A stretch of DNA of 32,000 nucleotides from Candidatus Thorarchaeota archaeon. GTDB lineage: Archaea; Asgardarchaeota; Heimdallarchaeia; Hodarchaeales; Hodarchaeaceae. A model generated the notes under the pieces. It was not told the origin of the DNA. It made no database searches and was given only the letters and a program-made list of their open reading frames with translations. Both the position numbers and the translations under genes were made by a program. The DNA is taken from assembly GCA_048882505.1 (NCBI GenBank), contig JBHLRO010000001.1, positions 483,650-515,649 of the forward strand. The letters are read 5' to 3'. Within the stretch, counting starts at the first letter, position 1; each line of letters begins with the position of its first letter. Positions 1 through 9,187 of this stretch are shown here, piece by piece.

Positions 1-2
1 TT

Positions 3-2843
3 GGGGAATGGACAATTAGAGCCGTGGTCACGACTCAGACAGGGCAAGGCATTCTAGCAAAAACAACACTAAAAACATTCATTCCTTTCTTTGTGGATCT
101 GGATAAACCTTCCCAAGTCCTTCAGGATGATATGTTCATTCTAAAGGGTGTGGTTTATAATTATTTGGATGAACTTGTCACTATTCAGGTAAAAATTGAA
201 ACAGCTAAGGGACTCCTTCTCTTAGGAAATGTAGATCAGCAATTGCGGCTTCCTGCAGGATTTATTGGTGCCATTAGCTGGACAACATTGGCACTGGAAA
301 CAGGAAACCAAAATGTCACTTTCTATGCTAGTACAAGGCTGATTAATCAGTCTCTATTCACTGATGCGATACGTAAGCCTGTGTTTGTAAACCCAAACGG
401 AATTACCCAGGAGGTTCACGAAAGTGGATTTATATCGAACGGGGTGATTATCAACTACACTCGGTATACTGAGAGGGTTCAAACAAGTGAGTTTTTAGAG
501 CTCTCTTTGGGCTTAGGTTCCGTGGCATTAAACTCATGGGAACGCCTGATTGGCTATCCTTATGGTTGTACTGAGCAAACAATTTCTCGTTTAATACCTG
601 ACGCATTGGTATATCGATATCTTGACAGTACTGGAGAATTACAAAATGATACTAAAGCCCTGCTTCGAGATATGATTGCCTCAGGTTTATCCCGTCTTTA
701 TAGCCAGCGACACCCCGACGGCGGATGGGGATGGTGGTCGAGTGACACATCACGCGTCTATATGACGACCATCGTACTCCAAGGCCTCATAGAGATCAAC
801 CGGACTGGTATTTACACGGACTCGAATATTATCAAAGAAGCACTTACATTTATCGTCAACCAACAAAATCAGGACGGCAGTTGGAATCAGGACTCTTGGG
901 GTCATATTGACAAGAATGCTTTTACTGGTTTTGTGTTACGCGCAGTTCTCGCCTGGAAGAATCTTTTGAAAGACGATACGCCAATCAAAAAAGCGGTCGC
1001 CTACATAGAAACCAAGTGGACCAATCCTGCAAACCAATCTCCCTACCTTGCAGGTCTGTACTTGGACTCAATTCCGGGATCAGGGTACGGAACGCCAGGG
1101 ATTTCCGCTTCTCTCATCGCCTACTTATACCAAGAAGCCGTACCTACATCAACGGGATATTATTGGAGATATTCATCTGACGATAAGGTTATATGGAGAG
1201 CCCTAGGTGGGGATACAGAAATCACCGCCTTGGCATTAAAAGGTCTTGTATTACATGATACCATGGTATCTATGCCTGTTGTTAGAGGTGCCCTCCATTG
1301 GTTACTAGAAAGACAGAGCTGGTATGGTTGGGGTAACACGGCTGATACAGCTGCAGCTATTTCCAGCATTATTGCTATCAGTGAGAGTGCTATCAGTTCA
1401 GATGCAGACACAGTTGCGAGCCTGATCATCAATGACGTCCCAATAAGGAATTTAAGTCTCTCAATCAATAATTATTCCTCCTTCTATCTCGATATCGAAT
1501 CCTATCTAATCAACGGGGTAAACACCATTCAGCTCGAAAAAGTCGCGGGAAGTGGGAATATAAGCTTTTATTTCCAAGCAATCCAAACCCTTAGAGCGTT
1601 ACCAATAATCGATATCCCCCCAGAGTTTATCAGCGGTGTTGGAGCGATCGATACAATAACAATTGATCTAAACCCATCATCTTCATATGTTTTAGCGACG
1701 CAAATCCAAATTTCTCCCCTTCCTGGGAGCAAGGTACAACTGACTCCGACTGTCCAGAACATCAAGCTACTTGCAGATCCGAACCAAGTTTTATTTACAT
1801 TCCAAGCCCCAAATGAGGTAGGAAGTTATGAAATCCCAGGATTTGAAATTAAGTATCAGCTAACGAATCCGATCCAGTCTGTTCTGTCTCCAGGGATCAT
1901 ATCACGTTACTATGGTCCAATTCTTATTTCTGTGATCGAAAACTCGGAGTTCTTCCTACCTTCAGATCTTGGTCCAGCACCTCTTGTACATCGTTCGACA
2001 GGTTTTGACTCCAAGATTCAGGAAGACATTCAATCAGAGCTACTGCTAACACGTTCATACTCAACAACAGGAAAAACCCGCCTCGGAGACTTGATTACCG
2101 TTACCCTAACGATTTCAAACACAAAAGCTCGGGAAAATTTCCTTATGTTGAAAGATTTTCTCCCTGTTGGATTCTCAATAGACGAGAGCACAATCCAACA
2201 CCCACAGGTAGCATACACACGAACGGAGTCTGGGATTACGTTCTTTTTCCCGGTATTAGAGATGGGAGATACCATTGTTAAGTATGGATTAGTTGCTGAC
2301 AATCCTCGTCAGTCTTTAGCTCCGCCAGCCGAACTATCATCTATGTATGATGAATGGATTGTTAAGAGCAACTCGGCCGTTTTAGGGGCTAGCCGTATTC
2401 GAATTGATCCTGTCACCAACAGTATTTTGAGAGATCTCCAAAAGCCGATCCTTGAAGATTTATCAATTGCAGAGGTTTTACTAGAGTTTTCTCCAGCTGT
2501 TGCAATATCTGTGAAAGCTACTGACAATTGGAGGATTAGTAGTGTTCGAGTGTATGCGGGAAACTCTAACGAGGGTAAATGGATTGTTCTGGATTGCGAA
2601 GAGCAACCTGACTCCTGGTCTACTCTCACATCCAACTTAGAAGAAGGACAAACCCAATTTTATGTTGAAATCATGGATGAGGCTGGCAATGTCTTGGTTA
2701 CGGATGCTATATCCTATTATGTTGAGTTTAGGGATCTTGTGATACCTTTCCTCCCAATAATTGGGCTTTTGATCCTAGCCTTTCTGACAGGACTCGGTGC
2801 TTCGGCTTTTGTCAGACGTAAGACGAAAGGGAATTTAGGCTAA
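3..2843 (+). CDS. Alpha-2-macroglobulin-like thioester-containing protein, C-terminally membrane anchored (5' end outside window)
   Basis: The frame is open from position 3 (GEWTIRAVVTTQTG...FFVDLDKP, typical of the A2M MG7 region). It has the thioester motif YPYGCTEQT, then an alpha/alpha-barrel TED (QHPDGGWGWW, QNQDGSW), a receptor-binding-like domain (TRSY...GDLITVTLTI...LKDFLPVGF), an Ig-like domain and a terminal TM helix (IPFLPIIGLLILAFLTGLGASAFV) followed by RRK. Confidence 0.9.
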   Translation, partial: GEWTIRAVVTTQTGQGILAKTTLKTFIPFFVDLDKPSQVLQDDMFILKGVVYNYLDELVTIQVKIETAKGLLLLGNVDQQLRLPAGFIGAISWTTLALETGNQNVTFYASTRLINQSLFTDAIRKPVFVNPNGITQEVHESGFISNGVIINYTRYTERVQTSEFLELSLGLGSVALNSWERLIGYPYGCTEQTISRLIPDALVYRYLDSTGELQNDTKALLRDMIASGLSRLYSQRHPDGGWGWWSSDTSRVYMTTIVLQGLIEINRTGIYTDSNIIKEALTFIVNQQNQDGSWNQDSWGHIDKNAFTGFVLRAVLAWKNLLKDDTPIKKAVAYIETKWTNPANQSPYLAGLYLDSIPGSGYGTPGISASLIAYLYQEAVPTSTGYYWRYSSDDKVIWRALGGDTEITALALKGLVLHDTMVSMPVVRGALHWLLERQSWYGWGNTADTAAAISSIIAISESAISSDADTVASLIINDVPIRNLSLSINNYSSFYLDIESYLINGVNTIQLEKVAGSGNISFYFQAIQTLRALPIIDIPPEFISGVGAIDTITIDLNPSSSYVLATQIQISPLPGSKVQLTPTVQNIKLLADPNQVLFTFQAPNEVGSYEIPGFEIKYQLTNPIQSVLSPGIISRYYGPILISVIENSEFFLPSDLGPAPLVHRSTGFDSKIQEDIQSELLLTRSYSTTGKTRLGDLITVTLTISNTKARENFLMLKDFLPVGFSIDESTIQHPQVAYTRTESGITFFFPVLEMGDTIVKYGLVADNPRQSLAPPAELSSMYDEWIVKSNSAVLGASRIRIDPVTNSILRDLQKPILEDLSIAEVLLEFSPAVAISVKATDNWRISSVRVYAGNSNEGKWIVLDCEEQPDSWSTLTSNLEEGQTQFYVEIMDEAGNVLVTDAISYYVEFRDLVIPFLPIIGLLILAFLTGLGASAFVRRKTKGNLG

Positions 2844-2875
2844 TTCCTCGTCCTTTTCCCTTTTTATTTTCAACC
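2844..2875 (+). terminator. Probable oligo-T archaeal terminator after the A2M-like gene
   Basis: Pyrimidine/T-rich run ttcctcgtccttttccctttttattttc directly after the stop codon, between convergent genes. Confidence 0.4.
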
Positions 2876-2901
2876 CAGTCCACTGGATTTTCTGGGATTC
2901 G

Positions 2902-5229
2902 TCATCGCGCATCTGCCGTTGAAGTTAGGAGTCCTGTAACTAGCCTGTTTAGGACTTTGTACTCATGAGTAAGATCAGAGACTATTTGCTTTTGAACCAC
3001 CAGTTTTTTCCATTTCACTTCTTTAATGGAATTAAATGCCTTTTTTTTGCCTTTATTATTCATATATTCCTTTTTTTGCCATTCTAATGCAATTTTTCTA
3101 GCTTTCAATTCCATTTCACCGCCTAATTTTTGAATTGCCGCATGTGATCTGTCTTCAGGGTTGTAAATCGGAATATTGATTTCCCAAGGGCGTTTGTGAA
3201 GGTTTCGAACCCCGCCACCAGCGCCTTCCGATGACCGTATTCGAACATCTTCTGCTACGCAGGGTGCATTAAGTATTCCTAAGAGATAGTGCCCTTCGTC
3301 TATTGTCGGTACAGGAACATAATAGAGTGATACATCTATGATGGTGCCTGGCTTGCGGATTAGGGCGGCTTTAACAAAGCCTGCACTTGCAGGAGTAACC
3401 ACCTTTAATGGAGCTAACTGGGCAGAATGGGTAAGTTTCTTTCGAAAATTCAAATTTTCCCAAAGGTCTTTAGGCTTTTTTCCTTTCGGCTGTCGGGTTT
3501 CATAGATGGAGGTCAATTGCTCATAATGTTTTCGTGCCTTTAGATTTGGAACTTTGGGGGAAGTTCCGTCAAAATCCAAGAAGGTGTCGAAAGTGATAGG
3601 TAAAAACACGGAAGTCCTATCCAATATCAAGAAAGGAACGCAGAGGTCAGATTTTACTGTATAGAATATATGGTCCGATTCTACGGTTGCCTCGTCAAAT
3701 GGACGAAAATTCCATGGCATTTTGACATGATTCTGTATATTTGGTTCGATATGTACCAAATTATGGGTTTGGTTCAAGATATTGACAAAGATCAATGATC
3801 GAGGGTAGAGGTCAGCACCTTTGCGACAATGGGCGAAATAATGATTCTTTTTACTAATTAAGCGAGGTAGAAGATTTTTGTGAGAAGAAACAGGTATTAA
3901 TTTCTCTGCTCCTTCACGTATTCCATCCAATCCTCTGAGAATTTTGATTGGGGTGTACTTTTCTTTTTTTCTTTTTATGAATTCGGTCGACCCATCTTTA
4001 CTAAGAATATCATAGTGAGTTACAAAGACAGAAGGGTACTTGATAGGAGAGGCTTTAATGTTCTTTTTTGCGATAAAACAGATGTTATGAATTCTAAAAA
4101 GATCCCTGGAAAACCTCCATATACGAATATGATCCATATTAAGAAAAGCTCTCGTCCCATTATGTTGACTCCCGTTTATTATTGCATTACTGATCAAGAA
4201 TGCAACAGTCCCACCATCTCGCAATGCGTGAGCTATCGATTGATGGAGAAAAAGAGCAGACACCTCGATGTTTGGTAAATTCCTAGCACGAGGATGTAAC
4301 CCAAAATGACGGGCCAAATCTCTGAGACTTGATTTGTAGCTAGAAGAACGAATTCCACTTAGCACTAGCCATGGAGGATTTCCAATTACGAGATCGAAAT
4401 TCTCCTCGTCCATATGTTTTACTGAAGGGAAATCAGTGTTGGATGTGGGTAGAGGAGAAAAGTTGGAAACACTATTCGGAAACAAAAAATCATCCCAAAC
4501 CACATTATGGGTTAATGGTTGTGAAGTTGTCCTAGCCGTGTGGAGAGCGAGATTGACCTTGGTAGTAAAAACTGCAATTGGATTAATGTCCATCCCAAAT
4601 AAATTTTGAAGCGCAATATCTTTCTTTTTTTGAGTCAATGGAGCAAACAATATTCTGTTTACCAAAGCAAGTAAAAAGGTTCCACTACCACAGGATGGAT
4701 CTAATACGCGTGCACCTAGCGTGTATGTCTCTTTCACGACCGTTTCCGCTAGAGAAAACGGTGTATAGTATTCCCCAAGCATTAATCGTGTATTGGGAGG
4801 TATTAGTTCCTCATAAAGTTGGTTAAAAACATCTTCTGCATTAATTTTTACCCCTCTAAAGAATAGAGCTATACGTTGCTTGATTTCCTTAATTTCATAG
4901 GCCCACATGGAGAAATCTAATGGAATTAATAAAAAACTTTGACGAATAAGGTGGGAGACAGCATTCTTCACTATGAGAATGAAGTAATTGTGTTGAATAA
5001 AAAGATCAATTGTGAGAGATTGTTCAGGATAGATTCCCTTGAATAAGCTTTTCCAGCTTTCATATACTTCGTTCAGTTCATTTTTGTGCCTTTTATAGTG
5101 CTGAAATAATGTTTCCTGTGCCCATTCTTTGAATGGAGAACCCTTTCCAAAGAATTTCTTCATGGTCTCAGAATCCAGAATTCCTGACATTTTGTCGGAG
5201 ACGATCAGTCCTACTCTCCATTCTAGCAC
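2902..5229 (-). CDS. N6-adenine DNA methyltransferase (gamma class, Eco57I/type IIG-like M+TRD) without a recognisable nuclease domain
   Basis: Motifs in the order GEYYTP, VLDPSCGSGTFL, GMDINP, FDLVIGNPPW; C-terminal TRD-like segment EGHYLLGILNAP. The start may instead be the ATG at 5190. Confidence 0.9.
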   Translation of the reverse strand: MLEWRVGLIVSDKMSGILDSETMKKFFGKGSPFKEWAQETLFQHYKRHKNELNEVYESWKSLFKGIYPEQSLTIDLFIQHNYFILIVKNAVSHLIRQSFLLIPLDFSMWAYEIKEIKQRIALFFRGVKINAEDVFNQLYEELIPPNTRLMLGEYYTPFSLAETVVKETYTLGARVLDPSCGSGTFLLALVNRILFAPLTQKKKDIALQNLFGMDINPIAVFTTKVNLALHTARTTSQPLTHNVVWDDFLFPNSVSNFSPLPTSNTDFPSVKHMDEENFDLVIGNPPWLVLSGIRSSSYKSSLRDLARHFGLHPRARNLPNIEVSALFLHQSIAHALRDGGTVAFLISNAIINGSQHNGTRAFLNMDHIRIWRFSRDLFRIHNICFIAKKNIKASPIKYPSVFVTHYDILSKDGSTEFIKRKKEKYTPIKILRGLDGIREGAEKLIPVSSHKNLLPRLISKKNHYFAHCRKGADLYPRSLIFVNILNQTHNLVHIEPNIQNHVKMPWNFRPFDEATVESDHIFYTVKSDLCVPFLILDRTSVFLPITFDTFLDFDGTSPKVPNLKARKHYEQLTSIYETRQPKGKKPKDLWENLNFRKKLTHSAQLAPLKVVTPASAGFVKAALIRKPGTIIDVSLYYVPVPTIDEGHYLLGILNAPCVAEDVRIRSSEGAGGGVRNLHKRPWEINIPIYNPEDRSHAAIQKLGGEMELKARKIALEWQKKEYMNNKGKKKAFNSIKEVKWKKLVVQKQIVSDLTHEYKVLNRLVTGLLTSTADAR

Positions 5230-5322
5230 AGATAACCTATTCGATCATGGTGGTATCCTCGTTATATTTCGTTGTGTAGACCACGCAACGCGAAGTAGGA
5301 TTTTTCAGACCTTAATTCAGCC

Positions 5323-5338
5323 AAGAAAAAGTTTTAAG
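5323..5338 (+). promoter_or_regulatory. BRE/TATA promoter of the m4C methyltransferase gene
   Basis: aagaaaaag (BRE-like) followed by ttttaag (5332-5338), about 37 nt upstream of TTG 5375; ggag at 5363-5366. Confidence 0.5.
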
Positions 5339-5374
5339 CCAAATCTGCCTATGTGAAACTACGGAGCCGACTTA

Positions 5375-6682
5375 TTGACCCTTGATAAATATTTAGGAAT
5401 CGAGCCATCCTTTGGTTTTATCGAAAAAGAATCATATTCCCGATATCGAACCATATGGCGAGACCTCTTATCTGGGCGACTAATCGACACTTTTGACTTA
5501 GAATTCAAGAAAAGATTTGCAACTGAACGTTACTCTCAAGAATTCTATAATTCAAAATACAGAAGAACCCTTCCAAACGCTCTTAGGCATTTGGAGAGTG
5601 TGGGGTGGCGAAATGATCCCTATGATAAGCAACATTGGGGGAACTGGTTGCACTCCCTATCGCCATATCAAGGTAGAATAACGCCGTCGTTTGCCCATTG
5701 GTTGATCAAAATCTTCTCCAAACCTAACGATACAGTATTGGATCCTTTCATGGGAGTTGGAACAATTCCCCTTGAGGCAGATTTTCTTAAAAGGAAGGCC
5801 ATTGGAGTAGACCTGAATAGGTATGCCTGGGTAGTAGCACAAGGTAAATTCGAACGAAAATCCCTCCATTATTATCTGGATTATTTAGCGGATTTAAGGC
5901 ATCTCAACACATCTGATATAGATCTTGGAGAAATACCAGATTGGATTCGGGCCTATTATGATCCCGAAACATTAAAAGAGATCGTAAAATTAAATGCTCT
6001 TCTCCAAACCGATGAAGAATGGTTTCTTCTAGGTTGTTTGATGGGCATACTACACGGGAACAGACCAGGGTATCTGTCGGTCTATACGGGCTGTATTATT
6101 CCAATGACTCCGAGACCAATTACGCATCCAAAATATCGTCCCGAGAAAGATAAACCCGAATATCGTGCAGTGATTCCTCGGATGGCTGCAAAGGTAATGA
6201 GGATGTTTTCGACTGGAATTCCGTCTCATATGCAAGCTAGAATTTACCTTGGGGATGCTCGGGCGCTTCCTCTCGAAACTGACTCTGTCGACGTTGTTGT
6301 CTCTAGTCCTCCCTACTATAATACCCTTGATTATGTTGGCCAGAACCGAGTTAGATTATATTTTCTTGGATTTGATAGAAACGCTCAACTTGAGTTGAAA
6401 AAATCTCATATCCAGGATACCAAGACCTATCTGGCAGAAATGGCCAAAGTCGGCAAAGAACTACAACGAGTGTTAATTCCCAAGGCCTTGCTTGTTTATG
6501 TCTTAGGGGACGTACATCGTACAAAATCCTCTATTAATACTGCAATGAAGGTCTCGGAGGCGTATAAAAACCTTGGATTCAAACAGCTCTCTATCGTAGA
6601 TGATGAAATCCCGCTAAACAAGGTCGCTAGCAGATCTAGAAGGAAGAAATTCGATCGGGTTTTAGTTCTCAAGAATCCATAA
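5375..6682 (+). CDS. Site-specific DNA methyltransferase, probably N4-cytosine (alpha class)
   Basis: HSLSPYQGRITP...TVLDPFMGVGT (SAM-binding motif I) comes first, and DSVDVVVSSPPY (catalytic motif IV) lies after the TRD. TTG start. Confidence 0.88.
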   Translation: MTLDKYLGIEPSFGFIEKESYSRYRTIWRDLLSGRLIDTFDLEFKKRFATERYSQEFYNSKYRRTLPNALRHLESVGWRNDPYDKQHWGNWLHSLSPYQGRITPSFAHWLIKIFSKPNDTVLDPFMGVGTIPLEADFLKRKAIGVDLNRYAWVVAQGKFERKSLHYYLDYLADLRHLNTSDIDLGEIPDWIRAYYDPETLKEIVKLNALLQTDEEWFLLGCLMGILHGNRPGYLSVYTGCIIPMTPRPITHPKYRPEKDKPEYRAVIPRMAAKVMRMFSTGIPSHMQARIYLGDARALPLETDSVDVVVSSPPYYNTLDYVGQNRVRLYFLGFDRNAQLELKKSHIQDTKTYLAEMAKVGKELQRVLIPKALLVYVLGDVHRTKSSINTAMKVSEAYKNLGFKQLSIVDDEIPLNKVASRSRRKKFDRVLVLKNP

Positions 6683-6732
6683 GATCCAGAAATTAGTTGC
6701 TCTCTCTATTTTGGTTCAAGGAAATTTGTCGT

Positions 6733-6748
6733 TATAAAAACTTTAAAA
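6733..6748 (+). promoter_or_regulatory. BRE/TATA promoter of the RHH gene, probably a leaderless transcript
   Basis: tataaaaa-ctttaaaa ends 28 nt before ATG 6776; there is no SD sequence. Confidence 0.45.
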
Positions 6749-6775
6749 TCGTTACCATCATGCTAATCTTTAATT

Positions 6776-7228
6776 ATGACAGAAAAAGATACAGATAGGC
6801 TATTAATGGAGATAAACACGGAATTAGCTGCCAAGATTGATGTTCTAATTGAGAAAGAATATTACCCGAATCGAACTGAGTTCATCGAAAAAGCAATCGA
6901 AGCTCAATTAAATCTTCATGCAGAGACTTTTCAAGAACTTGAGAGACAACATAGCTTTGTTATAGGTTTCGTCAATTATTCACGAGCTGATCTAGAAAAA
7001 GTAGCTGGATTAGGAAAAAAAATTGATTTGAAGATCATTGGGAGGCTTTCCTTTTCCAATGATGTGACTCCCGAACTGATCGAGCGGACTATTTCAGAGA
7101 TTCATATGGCTGGGATTTTAAAAGCACCTAAAACGCTTTTACCTCAGCTTAATGCAATAAGATACTCAATTTTAGGAAATAAATTCGATTCTGGGAAAGA
7201 GATTGAATTCCACAACCATGAAGATTAA
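6776..7228 (+). CDS. CopG/ribbon-helix-helix family transcriptional regulator
   Basis: N-terminal RHH pattern (LAAKIDVLIEKEYYPNRTEFIEKAI) plus the C-terminal domain seen in the bacterial CopG-family proteins with GxxxYSRxDLE...DVTPELIERTI. Confidence 0.8.
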   Translation: MTEKDTDRLLMEINTELAAKIDVLIEKEYYPNRTEFIEKAIEAQLNLHAETFQELERQHSFVIGFVNYSRADLEKVAGLGKKIDLKIIGRLSFSNDVTPELIERTISEIHMAGILKAPKTLLPQLNAIRYSILGNKFDSGKEIEFHNHED

Positions 7229-7533
7229 GTAGAGAGTAAGAGTATTTTCTCGAGAAAGGCCGAATGGGTTCTAAATCGACGGATATTTGGAACAATGTTT
7301 TCAGCACAAGGCGTGGACTCGAAGTTCAATCCCCGGAAACAAGTCATCACCGACTAATAAGACGATCACTGGGTAGATGAAAAACGGAATTTCAACTGAA
7401 CCGTGAATATTGAACGGACTGAAAAGGCTGAGATAAGGTCCATTCCGATTGTTTAATTCCATTGTGCAAAAGCCACGAAATAGGCTGATTTAAAAGGTAC
7501 CCTTTAAAAAATGGTCTTTTCAACTTATTTACA

Positions 7534-7587
7534 AATTGAAACATGGAAGACTGAGAAGCCAGTCTTCGTGAAAACAGTTTTTCAATT
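7534..7587 (+). promoter_or_regulatory. Extended hairpin in the putative 5' UTR of the PC4-like gene
   Basis: gaagactg (7546-7553) pairs perfectly with cagtcttc (7560-7567); the outer stem is aattgaaa (7534-7541) / tttcaatt (7580-7587). It ends 3 nt before the SD aggtg (7591-7595). Confidence 0.5.
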
Positions 7588-7601
7588 GGTAGGTGTTAAT
7601 A

Positions 7602-7877
7602 ATGTCACTCTTAGAATTTTTAACCGATCCGGTAGAAGAATTTCCCGTGAGCAAGAACATCAAAGTTATAGGGGGAAAGCGATTAGCTAAGACATCCACT
7701 TGGCTTAAAGCGGTATGTCTGGTTGAAACAGGAGGCAAACACCAAATCAGACTGTATGGATGGCAAAAAAATAAAGAAGGCGAGTATAAGGTGAGACAAA
7801 AGTTCAATATATCCAAGGGGTATGCCAATAAATTAAGCAATATCTTTAAGGCCTTTAGCGAGTTTGAATCTGAGTGA
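7602..7877 (+). CDS. Small basic protein, PC4/Whirly-like nucleic-acid-binding fold (inferred)
   Basis: SD aggtg precedes ATG 7602. The pattern WLKAVCLVE...IRLYGWQK..GEYKVRQKFNIS plus a C-terminal helix resembles the PC4 beta-beta-beta-alpha motif. 91 aa, Lys-rich. Confidence 0.6.
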   Translation: MSLLEFLTDPVEEFPVSKNIKVIGGKRLAKTSTWLKAVCLVETGGKHQIRLYGWQKNKEGEYKVRQKFNISKGYANKLSNIFKAFSEFESE

Positions 7878-8059
7878 AAAATCGCTCCAGCTACTCAGAA
7901 TTAACCCCATGATGGTTAAACTATTGTAAATGTCTGGTTTTGAATAAATTGAAATCTTGATGCTGTTGTACTGTACAAAAGTTGAATTGAAGTGAAAAAG
8001 TATTCTTCTTCTCTTCAAACGCTAGTTTTTTATTTGCGAGTGTTCATTACCAGGGCATC

Positions 8060-9097
8060 ATGGCTATCAAGACTCCAATCACAAAAATGTTAGGTGTTCG
8101 ACACCCGATCCTTGCGGCCCCCATGGGTCCCTTCTATACGACAGCACTAACGATTGGTGTATCGGAGGCGGGAGGACTGGGAGTACTCTCTCACACAGGT
8201 CTGATAGACAGGAACCCTGTTGAGGAAATGAAAGAAAACATGCTTTCAGTGGTCGAACACACTGATAAGCCTTTTGGCTTCAACATTCGAACTAGTAGGA
8301 TGGAACCTGCATCCGATTTATTATGTCGTGAAATACCAGAATTCATTATGGAACATGAGAAAATCAGGGATCAATGCGTATATGCTTTAACAAGCGCTGG
8401 ATCGGCCAAGTCTTTACCGGCCTCAAAGTCATTTCAAGATCTGAAAAACAGTGGTTCTCCGATAAAGCATTTTCACGTGGCGCCTGCTCTTTGGCTGGCC
8501 GACAAATGTGTCCAGGCTGGTGTAGATGGTATCGTGGTGACAGGAAACGAAGGGGGTGGTCATCAATCCTATGAAAAAGTAAGTACGTTGGTTCTACTTC
8601 AACAAATACAGGAAAAATACCCGGAACTTCCCAAAATCGCGTGTGGTGGTTTTGCCACTGGCTATGGTCTTGCTGTTGCCCTAGCCAGTGGTGCAGGCGC
8701 TATCGCAATGGGATCAAGGTTTATCGCCTCAAAGGAATCCGAATTTCATCAGAACTATAAGGAGGTCATCCCTCCTGCTCGTTCTCAGGATACTACGATG
8801 GTAACAGGATTTCTGGGGCCCATACGTCTTTGGAAAAACAAGTATACCGATCATATATCCCTCGTTAGAAATAAAGAAGAGAAGATGGCCAAAGAAAGAA
8901 TGCTGACACAAGATGACATAATAGAAACGGCACGTGCTTATGAGTTAGCTTATGAGGGTAATGTAAAAGATGGTGCGGTCCTACTAGGACAATCTATCGG
9001 ATTGATTAACCAAATAGAATCAGTTTCAGACATTATAGAGCGAATTGTGGACGAAGCGTCCGTGGCTTTAAGTAACAGCTATCGTTATATCCACTAG
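8060..9097 (+). CDS. Nitronate monooxygenase / FabK-like FMN-dependent oxidoreductase
   Basis: KTPITKMLGVRHPILAAPM, VSEAGGLG, GVDGIVVTGNEGGGH, PKIACGGFATG...ASGAGAIAMGSRFIASKES, GQSIGLI. Confidence 0.92.
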   Translation: MAIKTPITKMLGVRHPILAAPMGPFYTTALTIGVSEAGGLGVLSHTGLIDRNPVEEMKENMLSVVEHTDKPFGFNIRTSRMEPASDLLCREIPEFIMEHEKIRDQCVYALTSAGSAKSLPASKSFQDLKNSGSPIKHFHVAPALWLADKCVQAGVDGIVVTGNEGGGHQSYEKVSTLVLLQQIQEKYPELPKIACGGFATGYGLAVALASGAGAIAMGSRFIASKESEFHQNYKEVIPPARSQDTTMVTGFLGPIRLWKNKYTDHISLVRNKEEKMAKERMLTQDDIIETARAYELAYEGNVKDGAVLLGQSIGLINQIESVSDIIERIVDEASVALSNSYRYIH

Positions 9098-9187
9098 AAC
9101 AGAGTTGGTTTTTCTGGTTTAATGAGGGGAAACGTTTTAATCCGTAACAATGATTGATAACGAGTTGGTTATTAGGAAGATCGTATC

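Noticed and set aside
7310-7340. gaagttcaatccccgg resembles a tRNA T-arm
   Set aside because: No acceptor stem, D-arm or anticodon arm can be built around it.
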